Positions 32,289 through 42,526 of a DNA stretch of 64,000 nucleotides are shown piece after piece (the first letter of the stretch is position 1; every line of letters starts with the position of its first letter). The stretch comes from an uncultured Alphaproteobacteria bacterium (GTDB lineage Bacteria > Pseudomonadota > Alphaproteobacteria > Methylaequorales > Methylaequoraceae). The notes under the pieces were generated by a model that saw only the letters and a list, made by a program, of their open reading frames with translations, did no database searches and was not told the DNA's origin. Made by a program: the position numbers and the translations under genes. The stretch lies in contig CACJRF010000005.1 in NCBI GenBank assembly GCA_902595755.1, positions 6,859 through 70,858 of the forward strand, read 5' to 3'.

Positions 32289-32301
32289 TACACTTTGTCA
32301 A
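32274..32301 (-). promoter_or_regulatory. lexA promoter
   Basis: Minus strand TTGACA (32301-32296), 16 nt, TAGAAC (32279-32274); the SOS box covers the spacer and -10 region. Confidence 0.65.
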
Positions 32302-32302
32302 G

Positions 32303-33490
32303 TTAAATATAATTTTCTGTTATATTATTAAATTCTAAAATCTTAACTTGTTCATTTTTTTTAATTGGATCGTCAAATGAATTTCTCATAATAATTCCAT
32401 CTGATTTTGATAAAATATTCTGCATTGAACTATCTTGTGTATGAAATATTTCAAATTTATCGCCGATACGTTTTACCCGTTGAAAGGTAGTTAATCGTCC
32501 GTTTTTATTTAAAAAATTTTTACTTCTCAACATTTGATGATTGATTTTAACAATATCTGTTCCATAAAACTTATTTATATATATTGGAAAAAAGTTTAAC
32601 ATTGACATAAAACAAGATACTGGATTTCCTGGTAAACCAAGAAAAAATTTTTTATTATCAAACTTTCCAAATGTTGTTGGTTTTCCTGGTTTTATCAAAA
32701 CCTTATCAAAAATAACTTTAATGTTAATTTTATCTAACGAGTTTTTTACAATGTCATATTTACCTTCAGATATCCCACCAGTAGTAATCAAAATATCAAA
32801 ATTTTTTAATTTGTTAATTTTATTTATAAGTTTTTTTGGATTGTCTTTGATGATATCGACACCAACCACTTCACCACCAAATTTCTTTGATAGAAACTTT
32901 ACTACAAGATGATTAGTTGGTACGATTAAATTTTTTTTTAAAAGTTCATCACCAGTTGATACTATAAAAATTCTTGGTTTTTGAATGACTTTTATCTTGT
33001 CTATTCTCAAGGATTTAGCCAATACTAATTTTCTTAGTGACATAACAGAGCCTGATTTAAATATAAGGTCATTTTTTTTAATATCAGACCCTTTCATTCT
33101 AACATAATCTTGATCAGGGATTTTATTTATCTTTATTTTTTTATTCTGAGAGTATTCATAATTTTCTTTTGGAATTATAATTTTACTTCCTTTCGGTAAT
33201 GGTGCACCCGTGAAAATTAACAAACATTCATTATCTTTAAAATCAGGTGCACTTTTATCCCCCGATTTTGATTCTCCTACTACTTCATATTGTTTGTTTT
33301 TTAACAAAGATTTTTTATTAACCACAATTCCATCCATTGCTGAGAGATTTGTAAATGGCATATAGTAGTTTGAACGGTAGTCCTTTGAGATTATTCGTTC
33401 ACAAGATTGTTCGATTTCTATTATCTGATTTTTCTTACTAGTTCGAATATTATTTTTTATATGATTACATGCCTCATCAAACGTTATCAT
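32303..33490 (-). CDS. moeA: Molybdopterin molybdotransferase
   Basis: Motifs SAMDG, TGAPLP, STGDEL, IKPGKP, GLPGNPVS. ATG at 33490 (MITFDEA) chosen as start. Confidence 0.93.
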   Translation of the reverse strand: MITFDEACNHIKNNIRTSKKNQIIEIEQSCERIISKDYRSNYYMPFTNLSAMDGIVVNKKSLLKNKQYEVVGESKSGDKSAPDFKDNECLLIFTGAPLPKGSKIIIPKENYEYSQNKKIKINKIPDQDYVRMKGSDIKKNDLIFKSGSVMSLRKLVLAKSLRIDKIKVIQKPRIFIVSTGDELLKKNLIVPTNHLVVKFLSKKFGGEVVGVDIIKDNPKKLINKINKLKNFDILITTGGISEGKYDIVKNSLDKINIKVIFDKVLIKPGKPTTFGKFDNKKFFLGLPGNPVSCFMSMLNFFPIYINKFYGTDIVKINHQMLRSKNFLNKNGRLTTFQRVKRIGDKFEIFHTQDSSMQNILSKSDGIIMRNSFDDPIKKNEQVKILEFNNITENYI

Positions 33491-33953
33491 TTTTAAACTC
33501 ACCAGATTTTCCACCACTTTTGTATCGAAGCTTTAAATCATTTATAATAATTGCCTTATCAATTGCCTTACACATATCATAAATAGTAAGACTTGCAATA
33601 GCAGAGGCTATCAGTGCTTCAATTTCAACTCCAGTTTTACCATTACTTTTAACTTTGACATGAACAAGAATTATTGACTTTTTTTTATTTATCTCAAAAT
33701 CGATACTTATAGTGTTAAGATCGATATTATGACAAAGTGGAATCAATTCTGATGTTTTTTTAGCAGCAAGAATGCCAGCACATCGTGCTGTATTGAAAAT
33801 TTCACCTTTTTCACTTCCAAGCTCAATGATTTTTTTAAAAGAATTTTTTTTAAACTTAATTTCATTTGTAGCCTCTGCAATTCTTGAGGTAATTTTCTTT
33901 GAAGATATATCTACCATATTTATTTTTTTATTCTTAAGGTGTGAAAATTTCAT
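33477..33953 (-). CDS. moaC: Cyclic pyranopterin monophosphate synthase
   Basis: Motifs MVDISSK, AAKKTSELIPLCH, TGVEIEAL, YDMCKA, KSGGKSG. Confidence 0.96.
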   Translation of the reverse strand: MKFSHLKNKKINMVDISSKKITSRIAEATNEIKFKKNSFKKIIELGSEKGEIFNTARCAGILAAKKTSELIPLCHNIDLNTISIDFEINKKKSIILVHVKVKSNGKTGVEIEALIASAIASLTIYDMCKAIDKAIIINDLKLRYKSGGKSGEFKNDNV

Positions 33954-34717
33954 TTGTTTATTAAATACTTTGTTTCTTTATATATATTCTTTGATTTCAT
34001 TAAACTCTCACCAACTAAAAAAGCATCTGCACCAAAATTTGAGTACTCTTTAATTTCTTCATTGCTTGAGATTCCACTTTCACAAATTTTAATAATATTG
34101 TCTGGAATTTTTGGGGACAGTTTTTTGAAAGTCCTGAGATCAATTTTTAAAGTTTTTAAATTTCTATTATTAATACCTATACACTCAACATCAAGTTTTA
34201 AAGCTTTATGTAGTTCCTTTTCATTATGAACCTCAGTAATAACGCTCATTCCAAGTTTTTTCGCAATCATGTAAAAAGATTTTAATTTATCGTCATCCAA
34301 AGCAGCAACTATTAGAAGTACACAATCAGCTTCATTATTAAAACTTTCATATATTTGCCATTCGTCAATTATAAAATCCTTTCTGAGAATAGGAATCTTC
34401 ACAGAATTCTTTACTTTTTTTAGGATCCCCAAACTCCCGTCAAAAAAATTTTTTTCTGTTAAGACAGATATACATCTTGCACCTGCTTTTTCATACTGTT
34501 TAGCGATAAATTCAGGGTCAAAATCATCTCTAATAACACCTTTACTTGGTGAAGATTTTTTTATTTCAGTAATCAAATTAAAATTTTTATGATTTTTCTT
34601 TCTAATATCTTTAAAAAAATTTCTTACGGAGGTTTTTCTTGCCATTTTTTTATTAAGTTTTTTTAAAATATTTATTTCTTTTTGCTTTTCAAGACATATT
34701 TTTTTTAAAATATCCAT
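33950..34717 (-). CDS. trpC: Indole-3-glycerol phosphate synthase
   Basis: Motifs EIKKSSPSKG, LRKDFIIDEWQ, GINNRNL, ESGI, LVGESLM. Confidence 0.96.
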   Translation of the reverse strand: MDILKKICLEKQKEINILKKLNKKMARKTSVRNFFKDIRKKNHKNFNLITEIKKSSPSKGVIRDDFDPEFIAKQYEKAGARCISVLTEKNFFDGSLGILKKVKNSVKIPILRKDFIIDEWQIYESFNNEADCVLLIVAALDDDKLKSFYMIAKKLGMSVITEVHNEKELHKALKLDVECIGINNRNLKTLKIDLRTFKKLSPKIPDNIIKICESGISSNEEIKEYSNFGADAFLVGESLMKSKNIYKETKYLINK

Positions 34718-34719
34718 AG

Positions 34720-35730
34720 CTAACCTTTTATTAAGGCGTTTAATTTTTTAATAACTACTCCATTATTAATATTATAATTAACCATTTCAATTCCTTCATG
34801 AATATTTTTTGCTTTATCAGAAATTAAGAGTCCAGCAGCTGAGTTAAGTACTACATTATCTCTTATCGGGCTTGTTTCACCTTCAAATACCTTTTTCATT
34901 AAAAATGCATTTTCATTTGCATTTCCTCCTCTAAGATCATCTTCTGAGCATTTTTTAAAACCAAATTTTAAAGGGTCAAGAATTTTAACTTTGGATATAC
35001 CTTTTTTGGTTACTTCAATAAATTTATTTTTTGATAGCGTTGTCAATTCATCATATCCATTAGTATTGTAAACAACCCATGCTTTTTTTACTTTTAGATC
35101 TTTCAAACATTTTGAATGAGTTTTAAGATTCTTTTCATCACTTACACCAATTATCTGGAATGAAGGGTTTGTTGGATTTAATAAAGGACCAAGTAAGTTA
35201 AAGATTGTTCTAAAAAATAGTGATTTTCTAATTTGAGAAACTTCTGCTAAAATCGGGTGAAAAAATGGTGCAAATAAAAAACAAATGCCATGTTTTTCAA
35301 AGAAACGTTGAACTTTTAATGGATTATCAAAAAGTTTGATTCCTAATGATTCTAAAACATCAAAACTTCCTGACTTCGATGTAACAGATCTATTTCCATG
35401 TTTTACAATTTTAACATCAAACGATGAAAGAACTATTGATGTGGCTGTAGAAAAATTAAAACTATTTTTATTATCACCTCCAGTTCCACAGGTATCCATG
35501 ATATCACCATTAATACATATTTTAGCCGCTTTGTTTTTTAAATAATAAACAAAGGATTTAATCTCCTCATACGACTCTCCTTTAACAAATAAAAGAGTAA
35601 GGATACTTGATAAACAAATATCATCTATTTCTTTTTTAAAAATTTTTTTTACTAACAAATCACTTTCAAAGTGATTTAAATCCATTGATTTAATTAATTT
35701 TCGTAATATAGAATTGATTTTTTTTGACAT
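34720..35730 (-). CDS. trpD: Anthranilate phosphoribosyltransferase
   Basis: Motifs DTCGTGGD, KHGNRSVTSKSGS, RTIFNLLGPLLNP. Confidence 0.96.
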   Translation of the reverse strand: MSKKINSILRKLIKSMDLNHFESDLLVKKIFKKEIDDICLSSILTLLFVKGESYEEIKSFVYYLKNKAAKICINGDIMDTCGTGGDNKNSFNFSTATSIVLSSFDVKIVKHGNRSVTSKSGSFDVLESLGIKLFDNPLKVQRFFEKHGICFLFAPFFHPILAEVSQIRKSLFFRTIFNLLGPLLNPTNPSFQIIGVSDEKNLKTHSKCLKDLKVKKAWVVYNTNGYDELTTLSKNKFIEVTKKGISKVKILDPLKFGFKKCSEDDLRGGNANENAFLMKKVFEGETSPIRDNVVLNSAAGLLISDKAKNIHEGIEMVNYNINNGVVIKKLNALIKG

Positions 35731-35757
35731 TCTTTATTATATTATTAGATATAAGAA

Positions 35758-36333
35758 CTATACACAATTTATGAAATTTTTTACAATTTTGTGACCATAT
35801 TCAGTTGCGATACTCTCTGGATGAAATTGCACACCATAAAATGGAAGTCTAACATGTTGAATACCCATAATCACTCCATCTTCAGTTTTTGCAGTTATAT
35901 TTAGATTTTTAGATATTGATTTTTTATCTATTATAAGAGAATGATACCTTGTTGCTTTAAAAGGGCTTTTAAGATCATTAAATAAACCTAAATTATTATG
36001 ATGAATTAAACTTACTTTACCATGAACAGGTTTTCCACTTTGTATTATTTTAGAATTAAAAGCTTGGGCAATTGCTTGATGACCTAAACAAACTCCAAGT
36101 GTAGGTATTGGACTTTTAAGTTCCGAGTTTTTTTTAATTAATTCAAGGCATATTCCAGCATTATTTGGACTACTTGGGCCTGGAGAAATTACAAAATATT
36201 TTGGATTCTCTCTAATTAAGAAATCTGAGTTTATTTCATCATTTCTATAAACTTTAACTTTTTCACCCATTTCTTGGAAGTAATGTACAAGATTGTAAGT
36301 AAAACTATCGTAATTATCTATTAGTATTATCAT
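35758..36333 (-). CDS. trpG: Anthranilate synthase component II (glutamine amidotransferase)
   Basis: Motifs IDNYDSFTYNL, SPGP, GVCLGHQ, GVQFHPES. Confidence 0.95.
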   Translation of the reverse strand: MIILIDNYDSFTYNLVHYFQEMGEKVKVYRNDEINSDFLIRENPKYFVISPGPSSPNNAGICLELIKKNSELKSPIPTLGVCLGHQAIAQAFNSKIIQSGKPVHGKVSLIHHNNLGLFNDLKSPFKATRYHSLIIDKKSISKNLNITAKTEDGVIMGIQHVRLPFYGVQFHPESIATEYGHKIVKNFINCV

Positions 36334-37836
36334 CTATTCAAATTTTTTTGCATATTGTGTTGCTGCTAATAATGCTAATGCTTTATTCTCAGTTTCTTTA
36401 TATTCGTTTTTAACGTTACTATCAGCAACAATACCGGCACCTGCTTGAACATAAATATTTTTTTCTTTTATTAAAGCAGTTCGTAAAGCTATACAAGTAT
36501 CAATATTTCCATTTGCAGAAATATAACCTACTGAACCTGCATATACATTTCTTCTGTTTTTCTCTAATTCTTCAATTATTTCAATTGCTCTTATCTTGGG
36601 AGCTCCTGTAACTGTCCCAGCTGGAAAACCACTAAATAAAACATCAGTACTATTTTTACCTTTCATTAATTTTCCAACTATATTAGATACTATGTGCATA
36701 ACATGCGAAAAAAATTCAACATACATTTTGTCTGTGACTTTTACTGTCCCTGCTTGTGATACTCTACTGATATCATTTCTTCCTAAATCTAAAAGCATAA
36801 GATGTTCTGACAACTCTTTAGGGTCATTGATTAACTCATTTTTTAATTTTTCATCTTCATTTTTATTTTTACCTCTTTTCCTTGTTCCAGCAATTGGTCG
36901 AATTGTTACGTCCTTACCTTCAAGCTTGACTAAAATTTCAGGACTTGAGCCAACAATTGAAAAGTTTTTGAAATCCATAAAAAATAAATAAGGTGATGGA
37001 TTTAGATATCTTAATGATCTATAGATAGATATTGGTGAGACATTAATTTTTTTTTTGAAAACCCGAGATAAAACAACTTGAAATATTTCTCCTTCATAAA
37101 TGTATTTTTTTGCTTTATTTACCATTACCCTAAATTCTTCATAGGTAGTACAAGATTTTACATTTTCAAAAATATTTGAACTTTTATTTATTTTTTTTTC
37201 GACGAAATATTTCTTTTTAATTGGTTGGCATATAGTTTTTTTAATATCATAAATTGCCTTTTTTACTTTTTTAAATTTATTTGATGCGTTATTTTTTTTA
37301 TCTTTTGTTACAAGTTGAGAAATCATAATCTTGTCGTTTACATTATCAAAAACTAATGTTATTGATGGTCTTAAAAAGATTGAGTCAGGTAAATTTAATG
37401 AATTTTTTTTGTTAAGTTCTACATTTTCGAAAAACTTTATCATTTCATAACCCATATACCCAAAAATACCTGATGAAATTGAGGGAAGTTGCTCTGGTAA
37501 TTTAATTTTGTTATTTTTTATAAAACTTGACAAACTTTGTAGGGGTTCTTTTTTATCAATTGCTTGTTTTTTTGATCTTACCAGATTAGTGATTAAACAT
37601 TTATTATTTTTACACTCCCAAATAAGGTCTGGTCTTATTCCTATAACAGAGAATCTTCCTTTTTGGCTTCCTTTCTCAACAGACTCGAATAAAAAAACGT
37701 ACTTCTCTTTTTGAAGTTGAATAAGGATTGAAACTGGTGTGTGGATATCTGCAGAGAATGAGTGAAATAGAATTTGAGTCTTTCCTGAAAGATAGTTTTT
37801 CTCAAATAACTTTAAGTCAGGTTCTTCGATGTTCAT
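36334..37836 (-). CDS. trpE: Anthranilate synthase component I
   Basis: Motifs LFES, NPSPY, GSSPE, RPIAGTR, EHLMLLDLGRND, FPAGTVTGAPKIRA. Confidence 0.96.
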   Translation of the reverse strand: MNIEEPDLKLFEKNYLSGKTQILFHSFSADIHTPVSILIQLQKEKYVFLFESVEKGSQKGRFSVIGIRPDLIWECKNNKCLITNLVRSKKQAIDKKEPLQSLSSFIKNNKIKLPEQLPSISSGIFGYMGYEMIKFFENVELNKKNSLNLPDSIFLRPSITLVFDNVNDKIMISQLVTKDKKNNASNKFKKVKKAIYDIKKTICQPIKKKYFVEKKINKSSNIFENVKSCTTYEEFRVMVNKAKKYIYEGEIFQVVLSRVFKKKINVSPISIYRSLRYLNPSPYLFFMDFKNFSIVGSSPEILVKLEGKDVTIRPIAGTRKRGKNKNEDEKLKNELINDPKELSEHLMLLDLGRNDISRVSQAGTVKVTDKMYVEFFSHVMHIVSNIVGKLMKGKNSTDVLFSGFPAGTVTGAPKIRAIEIIEELEKNRRNVYAGSVGYISANGNIDTCIALRTALIKEKNIYVQAGAGIVADSNVKNEYKETENKALALLAATQYAKKFE

Positions 37837-37837
37837 T

Positions 37838-39724
37838 TTAATTTAATTGGTCAATTACATCATCATTAATTGTAATTTTATATTTTTTCCTTAATGCTTC
37901 GGAAAATTGGGCTAGTAAATCTATTGTCAAATCATCTTTTAGTTTTGTTTCAAACTCCTTAAGCTCTGACTTATCATTTACTAAATCATTTTTTATTTCT
38001 GCAGTTTGAGCAATAATGATTTCTGTTTGTCCCCTTTTAACGTAGTTAACATCTTTAATTTTTGATTCAAATATTTTACTTATGAGTTGAATTGGAAGAA
38101 CACTACTATCTGGCAATATCCTTGAAAAAGGTTGTACCCCTTTTATTTCTAAATTTAGCCTTTTTGCTTTATCAGTAAATGATATTTTTTTTGATTCAAC
38201 TTCTTCTTTAATTTTACTGGCCTTTTTTAGCGCTTTTTCAGTTTGCTTATTTAAGCTAATTCTTTCTAAAATTTTATTTTTTGATTCCTCAAAACTCAAC
38301 TGTTTGGGAGGGATAATTTCTGTAACTAAACTTATTGCTAAACCTTCGTCACCATCTGTATCTATTATATTACCCTCTTCATTAAGTTTTTGATTGAAAA
38401 TTGTTCTTAATATTCTTTCATCTTTAAACTTTCCTTTTTTTTTATCTTCAAACTCACCATTTCTTTTAATTAAATTACTTTTCAATATTTTTACCTCAAG
38501 AATTTTTGAAATTTCATCAAAAGTACTTCCTGATGCCAAGAGATCTTCAAGTTCGTCTTGAAGGTCATAAACTGCATCTTTACCTTTTTCAAAAAGAATT
38601 TCGTTTCTAAACTTATCTTTTACTTCTTCAAACTTCACTTCTTTTCTTTCTTTAATTTTAGAAACATAAATGATGTGCCATCCAAAACCACTTTGAAGAG
38701 GTGGAGAAATTTCACCTTCCTTAAGATTAAAAATATCATCAACAATTTCTTCAGGAAGTTCACTTTTAGTATTCCATCCTAAATTAATATCCTCATTAAC
38801 TAAACCTAGATCTTTTTTTGCAATAGCCTCAAAATTCTTGGGATTGATCTTATTTGATATACTTTTAGCTTTCTGATCATTATCAACTAAAACTTGATAT
38901 AAGAATCTTTCTTCTGGCTCTATCAGAGCTTCTTTTCTCTCTTCATATAGTAGTTCTACTTCATCACTAGTAACTGTAGATTTTTTTGCGTATTCCTTTG
39001 CATCCAATAATAGTGTTTCTGCATTTCTCAGTTCCTCTGACATAAAATCAGCTTTATTGGCATTATAAAATTCTATTAGTTCTTGATCATCAAATTTGCT
39101 AACTTTTTCGTCTTTTATATTAAGGACAAAATAATCAACCGATCTCTCTTGAAGGTTGTACTCTCCTAATTTATTTAACATGATTTGAGGAATTGTTAGA
39201 CTTGAACGAATTGTTTCAACCATTTGCTCTCTAGCAAGATCTTGTCTAGTCCCTTCAACATATGTATCCTCTGAATAACCAGACTCAGAAATCAATTGTC
39301 TAAATTGAAGCTCACTAAATTGTCCTAGATCATCTTTGAAAGCATCATCCTTAAGGATCTTATCTCTAACATTTATATCGCTTACTGATAAACCAAGTTC
39401 TAGAGCTTCATTATTAAATAGTGCTCTATTTACCAAGGAACTTAAAGCCCTATCTACATACCCAAATTCTCTAGATTTTTGAATATCTAGTGACGAGCCT
39501 AAAAGTTTTCTTATTTCCTCAGTTTGTCTAGAATATAACGAATAAAACTCTTTAGCTGAAATATCTAATTTTCCAACTGTAGCAACTGTAGATTGTTTTT
39601 TCCCAACACCAACCAAATCTTCAGTTCCCCACATACCAAAACTGATAATAAGTATTGTTAATAGACTACCAAAAATAATTTTAAGTATTGAGTTTTTTGA
39701 ACTGTTTCTTAAAGTTGTAAGCAT
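37838..39724 (-). CDS. ppiD: PpiD-like membrane-anchored chaperone (SurA-N plus parvulin domain)
   Basis: N-terminal TM (LIISFGMWG), SurA-N region, parvulin motif GEISPPLQSGFGWHI; divergent from tpiA, upstream of trpE. Confidence 0.85.
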   Translation of the reverse strand: MLTTLRNSSKNSILKIIFGSLLTILIISFGMWGTEDLVGVGKKQSTVATVGKLDISAKEFYSLYSRQTEEIRKLLGSSLDIQKSREFGYVDRALSSLVNRALFNNEALELGLSVSDINVRDKILKDDAFKDDLGQFSELQFRQLISESGYSEDTYVEGTRQDLAREQMVETIRSSLTIPQIMLNKLGEYNLQERSVDYFVLNIKDEKVSKFDDQELIEFYNANKADFMSEELRNAETLLLDAKEYAKKSTVTSDEVELLYEERKEALIEPEERFLYQVLVDNDQKAKSISNKINPKNFEAIAKKDLGLVNEDINLGWNTKSELPEEIVDDIFNLKEGEISPPLQSGFGWHIIYVSKIKERKEVKFEEVKDKFRNEILFEKGKDAVYDLQDELEDLLASGSTFDEISKILEVKILKSNLIKRNGEFEDKKKGKFKDERILRTIFNQKLNEEGNIIDTDGDEGLAISLVTEIIPPKQLSFEESKNKILERISLNKQTEKALKKASKIKEEVESKKISFTDKAKRLNLEIKGVQPFSRILPDSSVLPIQLISKIFESKIKDVNYVKRGQTEIIIAQTAEIKNDLVNDKSELKEFETKLKDDLTIDLLAQFSEALRKKYKITINDDVIDQLN

Positions 39725-39748
39725 AATAAATTTTTATTTATAAATTTT

Positions 39749-40483
39749 ATGACACACAATACATTAATTGTTTCAAATTGGAAGATGAATTTTAACTTTA
39801 TTCAAGCCAAAAATCTAGTTACTAATTTAAAAAAAATTAAATATAATAAATTAAAATTATCAAATGTTATTTGCCCTCAATTTTTATTACTTCCAACTTT
39901 AAACGAAGTATTACATAAAAGTGATTTAATTTTAGGAGCTCAGGATTTACACTTTGATATAAATGGAGCTTATACTGGGGATACAAGTATTGAGTTGATA
40001 AAAGATTATAATTGTAAATATTCAATTGTTGGTCACTCAGAAAGAAGAGCTTTACACAATGAAAGTAACATAATGATAAAAAAAAAAGTTAAGTTATGTT
40101 TGGATAATTTTATTATTCCTATTTTATGTGTTGGGGAATCCATTGAACAAAGAAAAAAAAATACTTATAAGGATTTTATATTAAAACAATTAACAGAATG
40201 TATTCAAAAGATTAAGTGTCCAGAATTAGTTATTGCTTATGAGCCTATTTGGTCTATTGGAACTGGAATAATTCCAAAAGTTGAAGATATTATTGAAGTA
40301 TCTGAATTAATTTTTTCTTTTTTAAAAAAAGAAAAAATTGATAAATTTCAAATTCTATATGGAGGTTCTGTAAATTCATCAAATTTCAGAGAAATTAATT
40401 CGATAGACAAAATTAATGGTGCTTTGATTGGTGGAGCAAGCTTAAAAATTGATGAAATGAAGAAAATTCTCACAAGTTGTTGA
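39749..40483 (+). CDS. tpiA: Triosephosphate isomerase
   Basis: Motifs NWKMN, GHSERR, AYEPIWSIGTG, YGGSV, LIGGASL. Confidence 0.97.
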   Translation: MTHNTLIVSNWKMNFNFIQAKNLVTNLKKIKYNKLKLSNVICPQFLLLPTLNEVLHKSDLILGAQDLHFDINGAYTGDTSIELIKDYNCKYSIVGHSERRALHNESNIMIKKKVKLCLDNFIIPILCVGESIEQRKKNTYKDFILKQLTECIQKIKCPELVIAYEPIWSIGTGIIPKVEDIIEVSELIFSFLKKEKIDKFQILYGGSVNSSNFREINSIDKINGALIGGASLKIDEMKKILTSC

Positions 40484-40507
40484 TTTTTTAATTTTTTTTA
40501 ATATTGT
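40480..40507 (+). promoter_or_regulatory. Putative promoter of secG-pyrG-kdsA-eno
   Basis: TTGATT-N16-TATTGT ending 6 nt before the secG ATG; no SD visible. Confidence 0.4.
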
Positions 40508-40513
40508 AAGTTT

Positions 40514-40867
40514 ATGTTGGCTATAGTTTTATCCATCCATGTATTGATTTGTATTTTCCTGATCGTTTTTATATTACTTCAAAAATCAGAGGGCGGGGGC
40601 TTAGGAATTGGACAATCAAACAGTGGTGGTTTAGGTGACTTTTTATCTACAAGAAGTACATCCAATATTTTAACCAAAACAACCTCATTTCTTGCTGTTT
40701 GCTTTTTTCTTACAAGTTTTTCTCTGGTTATAATAGCTAATAAGAATTATAATAAAGAATCTATAATTGACTCAGATGATGATTCTATCATTGATAGACT
40801 TGATTTGATTCCTGAAGAGTTTGATGTTGAAAAACAAGAAGATAACATTAACGTTCCTGTTGATTAA
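40514..40867 (+). CDS. secG: Preprotein translocase subunit SecG
   Basis: Motifs ILLQKSEGGGLG and NILTKTT; two TM segments; lies between tpiA and pyrG. Confidence 0.93.
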   Translation: MLAIVLSIHVLICIFLIVFILLQKSEGGGLGIGQSNSGGLGDFLSTRSTSNILTKTTSFLAVCFFLTSFSLVIIANKNYNKESIIDSDDDSIIDRLDLIPEEFDVEKQEDNINVPVD

Positions 40868-40894
40868 AAAGCCAACAGCTAGTACTTGCAAAAT

Positions 40895-42526
40895 ATGACA
40901 AAGTTTATCTTTATCACGGGTGGTGTTGTTTCATCGCTTGGAAAAGGTATAGTTTCCTCATCAATCGCTTCATTACTATCACTTTCAAATTTCAAAGTTC
41001 GTGTTAGAAAACTTGATCCATATTTAAACATTGATCCAGGAACTATGAATCCATCACAACACGGAGAAGTTTTTGTTACAGATGATGGGGCCGAAACTGA
41101 TATGGACCTTGGACATTATGAAAGATTTACTGGTATTATAGCTAAAAAAAATGACAACATAACGACAGGAAAAATATATTCAGAAGTTTTAAAAAAAGAG
41201 AGAAAAGGTGATTATCTTGGATCAACGGTACAAGTAATTCCTCATGTAACAGATGAAATAAAGAGTTTTATAAAAAGAGATCTTAAAAAAGAGGATTATG
41301 TAATTTGTGAGATTGGAGGAACTGTTGGTGATATTGAAAGCCTTCCATTTCTTGAAGCTATAAGACAATTGAGAAATGAACTAGGAAAGAAAGCTACTTA
41401 TTTCATTCATTTAACATTAGTTCCTTACCTATCTGCCTCAAATGAATTTAAAACAAAGCCAACCCAACATTCAGTGAAAGAATTGTTAGGTTTAGGTATT
41501 CAGCCAGACCTATTACTATGTAGAACAGAAAAAGCTTTTGGCGATGAAGCTAGAAAAAAAATATCACAATTTTGTAATTTATTATTTGATTCGGTGATAA
41601 TGGTTGAAAATGCAAATATTATTTATGAAGTTCCAGTTAAATTGAACTCTCAAGGGATATTAAAACAACTTTATAATCACTTTGGTGTTAAAAAAATCCC
41701 CAAATTAAATCAAAAACCGTGGAAATTATTTATTAACAAATTTAATAATTTAAAAAAAGAGGTTGATGTAACAATAGTTGGTAAGTACACTAATTTATCT
41801 GAATCATATAAATCACTAAATGAAGCACTATTTCATAGTGGTATTAAAAATAACATAAAAGTTAATGTCAAATGGTTAGATTCTAGACTTTTTGAAGATT
41901 ATAGCAAATCAAAGAAAATTCTTTCAAATACAAATGGAATTCTTGTTCCTGGTGGATTTGGTAAAGATGGAAGTATTGGTAAAGAATACGCAATAAGAGT
42001 TGCTAGAAAAATGAAAATTCCGTTCTTAGGTATCTGTTTTGGTATGCAACTAAGTATCCTAGAGTCTGTGAAATCCCTGAAAGGTTTTGAAAAAGCATCA
42101 TCCACTGAGTTTGGAAATACCACTCTACCAATTATTTCTATGCTTCACGAATGGACAAAAGATAAAGAAATTTTAAAACATGATAAACAAAATCTTGGAG
42201 GAAGTATGAGGCTTGGAGCGTATGTGTCGAAATTAAAAAAAAACTCCAAAATTTTTCAAATTTATAGAAAATATGAAATCAAAGAAAGACATAGACACAG
42301 ATATGAAGTAAATTATAATTTTATTGATATTATTGAAAAAAGTGGAATTTCGGTGACAGGTTTTTCTCCGGATGGTAAATTAGTCGAAATAGTTGAAAGA
42401 ATTGATCATCCATGGTTTATAGGTGTGCAGTTTCATCCTGAACTAAAATCTACACCTTTTAATCCACATCCAATTTTTAACTCTTTTATCGACGCTTTAA
42501 TAAAGTTTAAGAATGAAAAAAATTAA
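40895..42526 (+). CDS. pyrG: CTP synthase
   Basis: N-terminus MTKFIFITGGVVSSLGKG (ATG at 40895), GICFGMQ, ERHRHRYE, QFHPE. Confidence 0.98.
   Translation: MTKFIFITGGVVSSLGKGIVSSSIASLLSLSNFKVRVRKLDPYLNIDPGTMNPSQHGEVFVTDDGAETDMDLGHYERFTGIIAKKNDNITTGKIYSEVLKKERKGDYLGSTVQVIPHVTDEIKSFIKRDLKKEDYVICEIGGTVGDIESLPFLEAIRQLRNELGKKATYFIHLTLVPYLSASNEFKTKPTQHSVKELLGLGIQPDLLLCRTEKAFGDEARKKISQFCNLLFDSVIMVENANIIYEVPVKLNSQGILKQLYNHFGVKKIPKLNQKPWKLFINKFNNLKKEVDVTIVGKYTNLSESYKSLNEALFHSGIKNNIKVNVKWLDSRLFEDYSKSKKILSNTNGILVPGGFGKDGSIGKEYAIRVARKMKIPFLGICFGMQLSILESVKSLKGFEKASSTEFGNTTLPIISMLHEWTKDKEILKHDKQNLGGSMRLGAYVSKLKKNSKIFQIYRKYEIKERHRHRYEVNYNFIDIIEKSGISVTGFSPDGKLVEIVERIDHPWFIGVQFHPELKSTPFNPHPIFNSFIDALIKFKNEKN

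Noticed and set aside
32266-32301. N-terminal extension of LexA (MTKCRTYVEHLN) given by the ORF track
   Set aside because: The TTG is the -35 box and the extension runs over the SOS box. The family-typical start MLT is at 32265.
40750-40867. Acidic SecG tail with a short SIID repeat
   Set aside because: SecG C-terminal tails are variable and low-complexity; the repeat is only two short imperfect copies.
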